Of a stretch of 64,000 nucleotides of DNA, positions 1-18,930 are shown piece after piece. The translations under genes and the position numbers were made by a program. The notes under the pieces were generated by a model. It saw only the letters and a list, made by a program, of their open reading frames with translations, searched no databases and was not told the origin of the DNA. The stretch is from assembly GCF_018350175.1 (NCBI RefSeq), contig NC_058382.1, positions 13,888,001-13,952,000 of the forward strand. The letters run 5' to 3'. This DNA comes from Felis catus (taxonomy: Eukaryota). Position 1 is the first letter of the stretch, and each line of letters opens with the position of its first letter.

Positions 1-1899
1 ACAGATATGAACAGAAGCAGGTACTGAGAGTAAAACAGAAAGAGAGAGAGATGAAGAAAGAAACAGAAATTGAGAGTGAGAGATGAAACAAAGATAGAGA
101 CAGAGATACTGAGAGACATTCCTGGAAACAAGCCCAGTTCCAGACAGTGCACAGCCCCCACCCTCTCCCCACCTCTGGGCCCTGTGCCAGGCACCTGTCA
201 GAAGCCTAGATCTGGTGAGGCACGGCCAGGTGAGGCAGGTGCTGGTGGGAGGGTGGGCCTCATTCCTGAACAGTGTTTTGAGCTCTGACTCAGCCCCATC
301 CCCAACCCTACCCCTGGGCACCTTGTGCCCTCTGGCCCACACCCCCAGGCGTGGCCATCAAGACCTGGCCTCAGGTGGGGGTGCCCAGTGAGACTCATGG
401 GAAACTGGAGACATGGGGTGCAGCAGCATGGGCATAGGACATTCAGGGACATCTGGGAACTAGAGCATTGGGAACAGAGGTGGTGAGGGGTTCAGGGTAA
501 GGCACAAGGCGGTCAGCATGTGGGAAGGCACCCAAGAGTCATAAGGCTAGGCACAGAAGTGCCAGGCTGATGGGTGCCAGGAGGCTAGGGGATTTGAGGG
601 AGCATCTGGTAGATAGGTACAGAATACCAGGTTCCAAGAGCAAGGGAATGGAAGTGACAAGGGCTCAGGTGCGAGTCCCTAGCAATCACAAGCACAGGGC
701 ACAGGAGTGCCAGGCTAAAGGGTATGTCACCAGGGGTGTTTTTAGGAGTCAAGAACGTATTTAGGAATCAGAAGTATAGAGTACAGCATTCAGGGGGTCT
801 CAGGCCCAAAGGTGGCCAGGGCATTCAGAAATGCACATCTACAGGCCAAGTAAGATGGACCTGAAGGACCCAAAGGCTCAGTAGGGTGCACCTGTTGGCC
901 AGGTGTATTGATGTGAAAGATGCAAACAGGTGCATTGACATGGAAGTTGCCAAATAGGACACGCTGGGCCTGGCACAACAGAGAGCTAGAGCTGGGGGGC
1001 TGGGTGGAGACCTCGGATGGGGAATCTGCAGAATGAGTGGTCTGGAGACGCCCACCTCTCCCACTCCCGGTATGCGCCCCTGCTCCACCCAAGACCCAAA
1101 GGGAATCACATAAAGGCAAAGGGGGGCAGGCATGGAGGACACAGAGCATGATGTCCACGGGTGTCACAGCGCTGTTACTGCTGCTGGCGCTAGCCAGGCG
1201 GGGTTGGGGTGCACAGGGCACTCAGCCTCGGGGGGTCCTACCCCCTGGGCCCGGGCCGCTCCCACTGCTGGGGAACTTGCTGCAGCTGGAGTCTGGACGG
1301 CTGGACCATACTCTCATGGAGGTAGCCCCGAGAGTGGGTGGGGATGGGGGGGAGGATTCTGGACTCGTGGAGGTGGGACTGGGGGCTGGAACACACCTGG
1401 TTCTCTGAATGAAGACAGCTGAGGGCTCTGACCCCATGGGCCCTGAGGAAGGTTGAGGGGCCTGGAGTCCTGGGTTCCAGGAAAGGAGGAGACTAGGGGT
1501 GGAAGCTGGGAGCCCCGGCATCAGTTTGAAGGAGGAGGGGGACAGTGGGCCTGAGCTCCCGGTGCCGCCCGCTCCCTGCCTCCCTCTACCCGCCCCGGTT
1601 TCTGGGTCCTGAGGGAGTTAACAGCCTAGGGTGGGACGTCAGATAGGGGATCCGGGGGGAAGGGGTGCAGAGAGGTCTGCTCTCCTGGTTCAGGGTGGGG
1701 AGGAGAGTACCGAGGGCTCAGACGCCTGGTTCTGAGGGTGCAGAGGGCTCGGGACCTCGTCTTCCAGATCTCGAGGGAAGAGGGAGCTGGGGTCCTGGAC
1801 TCCTGTGGATGAAGGAGGAGGTGGGGACCTGAGCGCCTCGGCCAGGAACGAGGGGCTGAAATGGGGACTCCTGGGTCTGAAGTTAGAGAGAGATGGGGG

Positions 1900-2700
1900 C
1901 GGGGCTCTGGGGTGGAGGAAGCGGTCAAGAGTCCCGACCGGGACCCGCTGAGCACCGGCTCTGCGCAGCTTTCTGGCCGCTGGGGCCCGGTGTTCACAGT
2001 GCGGCTGGGCCGGCGCCCTGCAGTGGTTCTCTGCGGCTACTCAGCGCTGCGGGACGCGTTAGTGCTGCAGGCGGATGCCTTCTCTGGCCGTGGGGCCACG
2101 GCTGTGTTCGAACGCTTCACTCGCGGAAACGGTGAGTCCCCGGCGGCGGCGGAAGTGCTGGTCTGGACCACCCAGTTCGAGCGATTTAAGGGCTGGACCC
2201 GGGCAATGGGGCGGTGCCTAATAAGAATAAAGGCCAATGAAGGCAAACAGCAGGAAGGTGGGGCGGAGCTAAAAGGGACCAAATAGGAGCGGGGGCGGGG
2301 GGTGGTGCCGGTTCCTCGTGCAGCCAATAGAAGAGAAGAGCCTAAGAGTCAAAGCCAAAGAGATCAGGCGCTCGTAAGGGATCGAGACCAGTAGAGGTGA
2401 GGCCAGGTAGGACCGAGAAGGCTGGGTTTGCAGCAAAAAGGTCTGGAAAGCAGCAGAGTGAAGGGTGGCGAGGAGGCGGGCTCCAAGACCGGACGCTTCC
2501 AGGACGGGCGTGGCCAACTCCCCGGGCCGTCCCCTTCTCTGCCCCACCCCCAGGCATCGTGTTTTCTAACCGGCGGCGCTGGCTGACGCTGCGAAATTTT
2601 GCACTGGGAGCACTGGAGGAGTTCCGGCTGGGAGCGCGGACCGTAGAGGAGCGCATCTTGGAGGAGGCGGATTGTCTGCTTGGCGAATTTCAAGCCACCA
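1900..2700. promoter_or_regulatory. Intragenic CpG-rich segment with GC-box and CCAAT cluster in CYP2T intron 2
   Basis: GGGGCGG at 2208, 2260 and 2291; CCAAT at 2234 and 2324; abundant CpG across exons 2-3. Confidence 0.45.
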
Positions 2701-2770
2701 TTGGTGCGGCCTGGTCGGGAAAGGAAAGGGACCTTTTGTGGATGTAGCTAATGATCAAGAAAGGGTTGGT

Positions 2771-2858
2771 GGGGCGCCTGACTGGCTCAGTTGGTAGAGC
2801 GTGGGACTCTAGATCTCAGGATGTTCCAGCACCGCGTTGAGTGTAGAGATTACTTAAA
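2771..2858 (+). mobile_element. Short tRNA-derived CAN-SINE
   Basis: GGGGCGCCTGACTGGCTCAGTTGGTAGAGC head, ending TACTTAAA. Confidence 0.75.
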
Positions 2859-3255
2859 CAGGAGGTGCGGCACATTTGTAGTGAACAAAGTCAGTAAGCC
2901 AAGCCACCGCATTAAGATCCCGTCCTGTTTCTACCCCCAGGAGCACCGTTTGACCCCCGGAGGCTACTAGATAATGCTGTATCTAATGTTATCTGTTCGG
3001 TGGTCTTCGGGAACCGCTATGGCTATGAGGACCCAGAGTTCCTGAGGCTCCTGGACCTCTTCAATGACAACTTCCGCATCATGAGTTCCAGATGGGGTGA
3101 GGTGAGAGGGCCCACCCCAGTCCCTTCCTCCCGTGTCAAACCTGTGCCAAGCCCTAAGTACATACACTTTGCCTACATTGGATCATTAGATTGAGAGTCT
3201 TGGAATCTTGGAAGGGAAGAGTTCTAGAACTAAGAACATTAAAATCCTGGTGCAA

Positions 3256-3393
3256 GGGCACCTGGGTGGCTCGGTCTGTTAAGTGTCCAACTCTTGATCT
3301 CAGCTCAGGTCTTGATCTCAGGGTCATGAGCTCAAGCCCCGGGCTGGACTCTGTGCTGGGACTAAAGCCCTACTTTAAAAAAAAAAAAAAAAG
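3256..3393 (+). mobile_element. CAN-SINE (short type) in CYP2T intron 4
   Basis: GGGCACCTGGGTGGCTC head, tRNA-like body, poly(A) tail. Confidence 0.85.
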
Positions 3394-4822
3394 TCCTGGT
3401 TGTCATTTCCCCTGCAGGGGACCTAGTGGTCTTGTTCAAGGTCCAGTTGCCATCTTGTTCCCCCAGATGTACAATATTTTCCCCTCCCTCCTTGACTGGC
3501 TCCCGGGTCCACACCACCGAATCTTTCAAAACTTCACGGAGCTTCAGGTCTTCATCTCTGAGCAAATCCCGCAGCACCAACAGACACAGCAGCCAGGGGA
3601 GCCCCGCGATTTCATCGATTGCTTCCTCGATCAGATGGAGAAGGTGCAGGCCGGTTACCCTAAATTCTACCCATGCCGCCCACCAAGAGGTGCCAGGCAC
3701 ATGGCAGCCGCCCATCTCTGTACGCAGGAACAGAAAGACCCAGAGAGCCACTTCCAGGAGGAGACGTTGGTGATGACCACACACAACCTTTTCTTTGGCG
3801 GCACTGAGACCACAAGCACCGCTCTGCGTTACGGGCTCCTTATTCTGCCTAAGTACCCTGAGGTGGCAGGTCTGTGAGCTGGAAAGCCTGGGATGAGGGG
3901 CTAGGGTTTGGGGGTGGCTGGGGGTCAGGACACACGCAGCTCGCGCCCTCTGCCCACCCCAGCCAAAGTGCAGTCAGTGGTAGGTCGGACACGCACCCCG
4001 AGGCTGGAGGACCACAAGCGCCTGCCCTACACCAACGCATGCTGCACGAGATCCAGCGCTTCATCAGCGTGCTGCCGCTGGGGCTGCCACGCACCCTCAC
4101 CCGGGACACCCACCTGCGTGGCTACTTTTTGCCCAAGGTACCCACCGAGCAAGGGGATTCTGTGCAGGGCCCCAGAGCTCCTAGAACCTAAAGCATCAGA
4201 CCTGAGCCTGTCCGATGCTGAGTTACAAAGTCCTGGGAACAGAAAAGAAGGTCCACCTTCCCAGTGGCTTTTACAAGGGGTCTTGGATGGATAAAAGGCC
4301 GTGGCTAATCAAGTCCACAGGGTAATCCTTATGCATTCCCCAGGGCACCTTTGTGATTCCTCTCCTGGTGTCTTCACACCAGGACCCCACCCAATTCAAG
4401 GACCCAGACTGCTTCAATCCCACCAACTTCCTGGACGACAAGGGCGAGTTCCAGAGCAAAGATGCCTTCATGCCCTTTGCCCCAGGTATGGGCCAGGAAG
4501 GGAGGGGACAAGCCTGGGCAACACCCCCCCCCCCCCCCCCCAGCAGCTACATGGTTCCCACCCTGCGTCCCTGTGTGCTCAGGCAAGCCAATGTGTCTGG
4601 GTGCAGGCCTGGCACGGTCCGAGATCTTCCTCTTCCTCACCACCATCCTGCAGCGGTTCTGTCTGCTCCCCATGGGGAGCCCCACCAGCATCGACCTCAC
4701 CCCGCAGTACACAGGCCTGGGAAATATTCCCCCAGCCTTCCAGCTCCACCTGGTGGCCCGCTGAGGCCAGGCTCAGCTGCCCTCTGCTCACTGGCTCTCA
4801 GACCTCCTTACCTGTCTTGGTC

Positions 4823-4828
4823 AATAAA
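4823..4828 (+). terminator. AATAAA poly(A) signal of the CYP2T gene
   Basis: Canonical hexamer 59 nt after the TGA at 4762-4764. Confidence 0.65.
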
Positions 4829-4913
4829 TATGGCCCTGAATTGCAAATAGACAGGTCTCCTTACCAGTAAGAGGGAGAGGAAGAGTCAGAAGTTTGCAGC
4901 TCTGAGGTAAACT

Positions 4914-4919
4914 TTTATT
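4914..4919 (-). terminator. AATAAA poly(A) signal of EGLN2
   Basis: TTTATT on +, about 580 nt downstream (on -) of the EGLN2 stop. Confidence 0.7.
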
Positions 4920-5497
4920 TCTTGGCTGACAGGACTTTTCACGCCCATGCTCCTCCCAGCACCTCTTCTCCTGCCCACGTAGTGGCAGCCTAGTCCAAAA
5001 GGTGCCACGGCCATAGGGGTTGGGGAGTCACTTCACATTCCAGGCTGGAGGAGTTGGGGGGGGAGGGGCTTGGAGATACTCCCCCACCACAACAAACCTT
5101 TGCCAGCATTAGGCCATGACATTCCCACCCCTATTCCTGCATCCTGGCGGGAGGCAGCAATACCTCCTTCCAGCTCTCCATGTCTGAGGAGCACGACCAG
5201 ACAGGGCAAGCCGCAGGCCCCCAGCTCCAGTGACGGTAGTTCCCAACGCTGGCCCCTGCCCAGGTCACAACCCCAGCCCGCATCAAAGGGCAGCAGAGGT
5301 CTCTCCTCCTCCTTGGTCCTCAGCGTCAGACGGAGCCCTCCACACCAAGCAGGACAGAGGCAAAGCCAGAAGCAGCAGCGGTGGCAGAAAAGGAGCAGGC
5401 ACCGAGACCGGTGGGCTGCTGGGCCAGCAGCACAGGGGCCAAAGGCTCTCCCGAAGTCAGGGCAAGCTGTCTGTCCATGCAGCTCTGGGGCTGGCCA

Positions 5498-12796
<7,299 letters not shown>

Positions 12797-13299
12797 CTAG
12801 GGGCTTGGGAAAGGACCCGTCAGGGTGGCTGAAGGGGGAGAGAGAAAAAACGGAATGTGAGAAGAGCTAGAGGCAGTCCGGCGGGGGTAGCGGTGAGGAG
12901 TGGCAGGGGCAGTGGGGAGGAAGGCAGACTTGGCTACGGAGGCCCCCCCCAAACGCCAAGCCAAGTCGGGGAGAAGATCATGGGAATTTCGGGCCGGAGG
13001 GGGGAATCACGGAGAGAGAAGGCAGTGAGGGAGGCAGCCGGAGAGGAGTGAGACTGGGGAGATGACCCAAAGGCACAGGACTACGGTGGGGGCTCAGACA
13101 CAGAAACTGAACAGCAAGGAGAGAGGGGGCCTGGAGCAGAAAAGGAATACTGGGGCAGCAGGGAGCGCGAGAGTTGGAAACAAATCCACAAGGTGGGGGG
13201 GACTCTGCCTGGGGATTCCAGGGACACACGGCGGGAACGTAAGGCTCCACAGACAGAGCAAACCGGGGAGTCCAGAGACAAAGAGAATGGGGGGATCCA

Positions 13300-14120
13300 G
13301 AGACGGAAAAGCCGACCGGAGAGAAGCTGGGAGGGCGAGCCTGAGACGGCCGGACTGAACGGGGCGGAGGGGTCAACCTAAGCCCAACGAGAGGAAGCCA
13401 GCCGGCGGCTGACACACACCCAGACGGAAGGGAGGGCCTAAGACAGACAGACAGACGGAAGGCAGCCGCGGGAGGAGGGTCCACAACGACAGGGGGAAGG
13501 GCGGGGGAGGGGACAGGACAAGAGAGGGCGGCCCCTCCCAACCTCCTTCGGTGCGGGCCTCCCAGCTCGGGGCGCCGCAGGCGACGGAGGCCCGGCCCGT
13601 GGACCGCTCGGACCCCGGATTCCCTCCCCCCGACCACCGCCGTCGGCCGGCGCGCGCTCTCCGCTCCCCCGCCCTCAACGGCCGGCACTCAACGCGCCCG
13701 GCGCGTTCCCTCCCCCACGCCCTACCCCCACCCTTCCCTTCCCGGGGTCGCAGCGCTCCGCCACGCCGGGCCGGCAGGCGCCCCCACCCCTCGCTCGGCT
13801 CGCGCCCGCGCCCAGGCTCGCGCGCCCTCTCCGCCCCACTCCCTTCCTAGCTCTCTCCTCACCGAGCTTTTTCCTCCGGCCTCGGCGCCGTCGTTTGTGC
13901 CAGCCGCCCAGCGCCGCACAGCGCGCCATACCCCGCCCCCACCTCCCGCGACGCTCCGCCCCTGCCTCGCCCGCTGGGCACGTGACCTCACCCGCTGAGG
14001 AGGCCGTGCGTGCGCAGGCGTGAGCCGCGCGGGGCGGAGCAAGGAAGTTCAGAACACCCTCCTGGAGGAAGGGGAAATGGGTCGGCCGCCAACGCGAGGC
14101 TCATTTGCGTACTGCACTCC
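13300..14120. promoter_or_regulatory. CpG island / EGLN2 promoter, with GC boxes and a CACGTG E-box (HRE-like core) at 13979-13984
   Basis: Very high CpG and GC density; several CCGCCC motifs; GGGCACGTGACC. Confidence 0.85.
13863..13930 (-). other. EGLN2: EGLN2 non-coding exon 1 (5' end approximate), spliced to the acceptor at 12828
   Basis: Donor GCTCG|GTGAGG at 13863/13862 inside the CpG island; strong polypyrimidine acceptor TTTTTTCTCTCTCCCCCTTCAG at 12829-12830. Confidence 0.65.
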
Positions 14121-14208
14121 GCCCCTTTTGCCCAGGAGGAGGAAGGGGGTTAAAAGAGCTGGATCAGGGAAAGGGGGGAGGGTTCTGCGGTAGGCCAGGC
14201 GATGTGGG

Positions 14209-14328
14209 AGTGGCATGCAAATAAGGTTGTTTACATAGGCCTGCCCACCCTCTCAGAGCCCAGAGCGCCGGAGAATGACGTGTAGCCGGGTCGGACAGTG
14301 GCATGCAAATGAGGTTATTTACATGGGC
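14209..14328. promoter_or_regulatory. Two 32-bp direct repeats, each with octamer ATGCAAAT followed by a forkhead-like T(G/A)TTTAC
   Basis: AGTGGCATGCAAATAAGGTTGTTTACATAGGC (14209-14240) vs AGTGGCATGCAAATGAGGTTATTTACATGGGC (14297-14328): 29/32 identical. Confidence 0.6.
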
Positions 14329-15404
14329 AGCCCCGCCTTCTCACCGCCCAAGAATAGAGATGTGATAAATGTCTGCACAGTTAGTTGGGAAATGTATGTA
14401 AATGCACACATTAGTAATCTACTTAAGTACCTTCTATAACGGAGGGAAAGAAGTGCAGAACGCCCCTGAGAGAAGAGAGAGCGGACTGGAAGGGATGTGT
14501 GCCAAAATATGATCCGCTTCATCCTGCCTCTTCGGGACAATTGTGGGCAACCTAGGAGGGCTACGCAGAGAAGACATTTGTCTAACAGTCTTGGGTCTAT
14601 GAACATTTTGGGCGACCCTGCCTGGAACGACTATGCAGATAAGGTCATTTAAATACCCTGCCCCCTCCACCATCGCCAGGGCAGACGGGGGTTTAGGGGC
14701 TCAGGCCTACCCTCTCTGAGTGGGTTAGTGCTGACCTGGGGATGGCAGAGAAATTGGGAGGGTCTCAGGGGGCTGCACCTGTCCCTGGTTTTGTCAGTTC
14801 ACCAGGACGCAGAGAGATACACACCAGTCTCAAGTATGCAAGGGTCAGGGTTGCACAAAGGCCCACAAAGCCTTCAGGGGCATACTCAGGGTTCATGGTC
14901 ACACACAGGTGTATCAAAGATGCCAAATTCACACTAAGACAAACACACCTCAGGGGCATACATACACAGTCACACACGCAATAGTCAGACACTCCCTGGA
15001 ACTTTCAAGCATCAAACACACGTAGGTTTCACCTACAAACCTGAATTTTCATTCCCCGGCATTGGTGCCAAACACCACCAGCCTCATGGATACAATCACT
15101 GAGGACACAAAGCAGTCACAAGCAACAGTGTCACACACCATCAGCACACATTCCTACAGATGCCATCACACATCCATCACACACATCACAAACACAAGGA
15201 CATCAGCGCTACACAGGTGGGCCTCCAGCATGCCTTGTCACAAGTGCAGTGAGAAACCCCCCTCCACAGCAAACATCTGAGTCAAGGTGTACCCCCACAT
15301 CATATCCAAACCACAAACATGACCCCCCAAACACGTGGTTCTTCCATCAGGGACCTCTTCTGTCTCCCCTCCCTCCCCATCACCCCAAAATAACGGAGGC
15401 CAAG

Positions 15405-15789
15405 ACGCAGGTGTAAACAATGCTTTATGGAGGTGGAGTAGGGACTGAACAGGCCTCCAGGCAATAAATAACACATACTCGCAATGGCAGGGCCAGGCGG
15501 GGAGCTGGGGCCAATTGCCCTGGTCTCAGGCTTTGGGAACTCTTAAGAGTATGGTTAGGGTTTCAGGGGGGACAGGGGTTAGCCAAGACAGAGGAAGCAG
15601 CAGCAGGTACAGATTCCCCCTTCCCCCGTGGCTCAGTCTTGCCCCTCAGCCAGGCCCCACCAGGCCAGGGAAGGGGGATAGGTGGCGGGGCAGCTTCTCT
15701 GGGGCCAGGACAGGTGAGGGGCTCTGCCTCCCAGGGCCTGGGGCTAGGCCCCAGCCAGAGGGCAGGGCTGGTCCTGGAGAACAGGTGAG
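15405..15789 (-). other. RAB4B: RAB4B terminal 3'UTR exon with variant poly(A) signal CATAAA (15424-15429); 3' end approximate
   Basis: Acceptor TTTTCTTTCAG at 15790-15791; matching donor CCAG|GTGGGA at 19150, 15 nt after the stop. Confidence 0.7.
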
Positions 15790-16355
15790 CTGAAAGAAAA
15801 GTGTGTGGTGAACTACAGGGATCCTCAGTCTGTCCAGCCGGTATCTCTGCCTCATTTCTGGGTAGCTTCCTGCCCTCCTATCTGTGTCTGTCTGCCCATA
15901 CCTTTCTTTTTCTCCCAAAGTTCCTACATTTGCCGTCTGATTTTCTGCAGGCAATTTGGAGCTATCTCTTTGAGGGTACTTGTATCTCCCTATTTATCTG
16001 TCTCAGAGAGCTGACCCCTGGAGTCTATAGACGAGTATCTCAATATCTAAATTTCGCATCCCACCTTTGTTATCTCTGTGTTCCTGGATCACCGTGGCTC
16101 ATTCCAGTGTTTTCCAAACTGAAGAGCCGCATTTGGTTAGTGGTTGTTGCTTCAGCTACAGATAGCATTACCTGGGAGCTTCTAGAAATCCGGAAATCAC
16201 TTCAGAGTCTCTGGGGTGAGGCCCAGACATCAGTAGCTTTTAAAGCTCTCCAGGTGATTTCAGTGTGCGGCACTGCATGAGTGGGCTGGGAAATCAGTTT
16301 GGTGGGCCTTGGCCAATTTGTCAATGAATGAATAAAATAGAATAGAGAATATCAG

Positions 16356-16580
16356 GGGGCACCTGGGTGGCTCAGTCGGTTAAGCGGCCGACTTCGGCTC
16401 AGGGCATGATCTCGCGGTCCGTGAGTTCGAGCCCCGCGTCAGGCTCTGTGCTGACAGCTCAGAGCCTGGAGCCTGCTTCGGATTCTGTGTCTCCCTCTCT
16501 CTGACCCTCCCCCGTTCATGCTCTGTCTCTCTCTGTCTCAAAAATAAATAAACGTTAAAAAAAATTAAAAATAAAAAAAA
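16356..16580 (+). mobile_element. Felid-type CAN-SINE (SINEC_Fc-like) with TSD
   Basis: GGCTCAGTCGGTTAAGCGGCCGACTTCGGCTCAGG...AATAAATAAACGTTAAAA; flanking TAGAGAATATCAG repeat. Confidence 0.92.
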
Positions 16581-16589
16581 GAGTAGAGA

Positions 16590-16840
16590 ATATCAGAGTG
16601 CATCACATGTAATAGGAATATTGGTCCACAGCGACAGCAAACAGATTGCTGGGTGTCAGAGGCTGGGGGGATCGGGGAATGACTGCCTAATGAGCACAGG
16701 GTTTCCTTAGGGTAATGAAAATGTTTTGGAACAAGACAGAGGTGGTGGTTGCACAATTTTGTGAATGGACTAAGTGCCACTGAATGGTGCACCTTAAAAG
16801 GGCTAAGTTTAGGTCATGTGAATTTCACCTCAATCAAAAA
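16590..16840 (+). mobile_element. L1MB-like 3' end fragment
   Basis: GAATGACTGCCTAATGAGCACAGGGTTTCC...GGTGGTTGCACAATTTTGTGAAT...GTGAATTTCACCTCAAT. Confidence 0.65.
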
Positions 16841-18269
16841 ACATTAGTGCTAGGAAAGTGTTTCAGTCTTTTATGTGTGTGTGACTGTATTAGATCAAAG
16901 TATACAATTGATTTCCTCCTGCAGACTGCAGTCAGTAACATCTGAAAAAGCACTGTCTTATTACATTTGATTCACTGAGGGTAAACACTGAAATGGATGC
17001 TATACTAAGCCCAAGGGTGAAGAATACGCACCCATCCATTTCTACACAGCCCGACCCTTTAAAATGGATAGTAAAAAGAAAAATAATTCACAGCCCTCAT
17101 TTACCGAGTCTCCACTAAGTGTCAGGCCCTGTTCTAAGGACTTTACATGGATTAATGTAATTAATCTTCACAAAACCTACGTGAGGTAGGTGCTATTATT
17201 AGCCCCAATTGGAAGGTGAGGCAACCAAGGCCCAGAGATGTTAAATAATTTGCCCAGTGTCACACAGGTAGCAAGTGACAGAGTCAGTTTAAACACAGGC
17301 AACCTGGCTGGGGGAATCTCTGATCTGTCACCTCCCTCCTTCTCAGATGGGGAAGACAAACACAAACAATACTGATCAAGTATTCAGACTGAATGCTTTA
17401 AAAAATAGGGGGCAGTTGTGAGACCACTCGGCTAGAGGCAGTGACCCCATCTGGGAAGCTGATAAAGGTGTCCTGCAGCAAGAATCGTTTTAGCAGAGAG
17501 CAGATGATGAGTGGCATCTGGCCTAAGAAAGGAGGCTGGAGGACAGACAGGCACACCTAACCCAGGCACAGCAGAGGCAGAGGCATGGAAGGAAAAGAAT
17601 TTTCTGCCCTAAACACTCACCCTTGACTCCTCTCTTTCAAATGCCATATCCGTTCATCAGGAAATGATGTTGGCTCTGCCTTTAAAGTATACCCAAGGTC
17701 GAGCACTTCCCCCCCTCAGCCACTCTGGAGCTGCCAATAGCAGGAGGGGGGGGGGGGTGAAACAGAGGGGATAATTGGCAAGACAGACACCCTCCCAAAG
17801 AAGTGGGGATGGGACCTGATCCTGTAGGATCCTGCAAGCCCAGCAAGGAGTCTGGACCAACCACAGGGGAAGTGAGGCTTGCCGGAGGAGGGGGAGGCGG
17901 TCAGAGATGGTGTTCCTGGCAGAGGGAACAGCATGAGCAAAGAGCCAGAGAAACGGAAAGAACTTCGGTGTGGCTGCGGTGGCCTGAGTGCTGGGGAGAG
18001 GCGTGAGCTGAGGCAGGAGAAGCTGGCGGAGGCAAACACCAGGCTGGGAGCTTCAGCTTGGTCCCATGAACCCTGGGAGCCACGGGCGGTTTTAAACAGG
18101 GGAGGGACGGGATCAGATTTGTGCTTTAGAAAGACCCAGTGGCTCCATCAAGAGGGTACAAGACTGGAGACAGAGACCAGGGAGGATACAGAGCTATCCA
18201 CGTCTCAGTCCCTCCTCCCCCCCAACCCTGGTCCTGTCCCCCATCTTCTCTCAGCTTGACTTTGCAGTA

Positions 18270-18930
18270 GCCTCCTCACTGGTCTCTCAACAACCACCCC
18301 CGCCCACCCCCTTCTCTCCTCTATATGCAGCCAGAGGGACCCTGGGAAGACCTGAATCAGGTCCTGTCCCTTCTTTGCTCGGAGCCCTCCTGTGGCTCCC
18401 ATCCCACCCAGGGTATAACCCAGAGCCACCTCAAGGACAGCCAGGCCCTACCTGATGATCTGCTTCCCCTGATCCCTGACTTCATCTCCTGTTTACCGCT
18501 CCCAGCCCTCAATACACACACATACTCCACTCCAGCCACACCGGCCTCCGTGGACTTCCTCATCCAGGCCAGGCATGACTTACCTCAGGGCCTCTGCACT
18601 GGCTGTTCTCTCTGCCTAGAACACTCTTCCCCCAGGGACCCATATGACCCTGTCCTTCTCCTCCTTCAGGTCTTTGCTCAAATGTCACCTCCTCGGTAAG
18701 GGCTTTCCCGCATCATCATAAAACTCCACTCCTTACCTCCCCACCCCAACTTCCTTGCTTTATTTTTCTCCATAGCTCTTATCTCCTTAACTACAATATC
18801 ATTTTCTTATGTGTCTTGATTATTGTCTGTCTCCTCCCCAGAGCATGTTGGCCCTGCGAGGGCAGGAATTCTCTATACCACTGCTCAAACAGGACCTGGC
18901 ACACAGGGGACACTCGATAAATATTTGCCA
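18270..18930 (+). mobile_element. L2 LINE 3' remnant
   Basis: CCTCAGGGCCTCTGCACTGGCTGTTC...CAAATGTCACCTCCTC...CAGGACCTGGCACACAGG...ATAAATATTTGCCAAATG. Confidence 0.7.

Larger units (their letters stand above)
1148..4764 (+). pseudogene. CYP2T1: Cytochrome P450 CYP2T-family gene, 9 exons, apparently inactivated. Exons: 1148-1321, 1969-2131, 2554-2703, 2941-3101, 3467-3643, 3728-3869, 3963-4137, 4344-4485, 4583-4764
   Basis: Signal anchor plus PPGPxPLPLLGN, WxxxR (WLTLR), I-helix FGGTETT, EIQR (ExxR) and heme loop FAPGKPMCLG; C-terminus PPAFQLHLVAR is typical of CYP2T. All introns are GT-AG. Exons 2-6, 8 and 9 have canonical CYP2 sizes (163/150/161/177/142/142/182). Exon 7 is 175 nt rather than 188, with a frameshift at 4039/4040. 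Position tail-to-tail with EGLN2 matches the CYP2T locus in other mammals. Confidence 0.9.

Noticed and set aside
2771-2858. tRNA-like sequences (also 35398-35505 and other SINE heads)
   Set aside because: tRNA-derived CAN-SINE heads with A-rich tails and no complete cloverleaf; not tRNA genes.
3870-3875. Weak CYP2T exon 6 donor (GTCTGT) as a further inactivating lesion
   Set aside because: The GT is intact and the exon has the canonical 142 nt and phase; I cannot call it defective without data.
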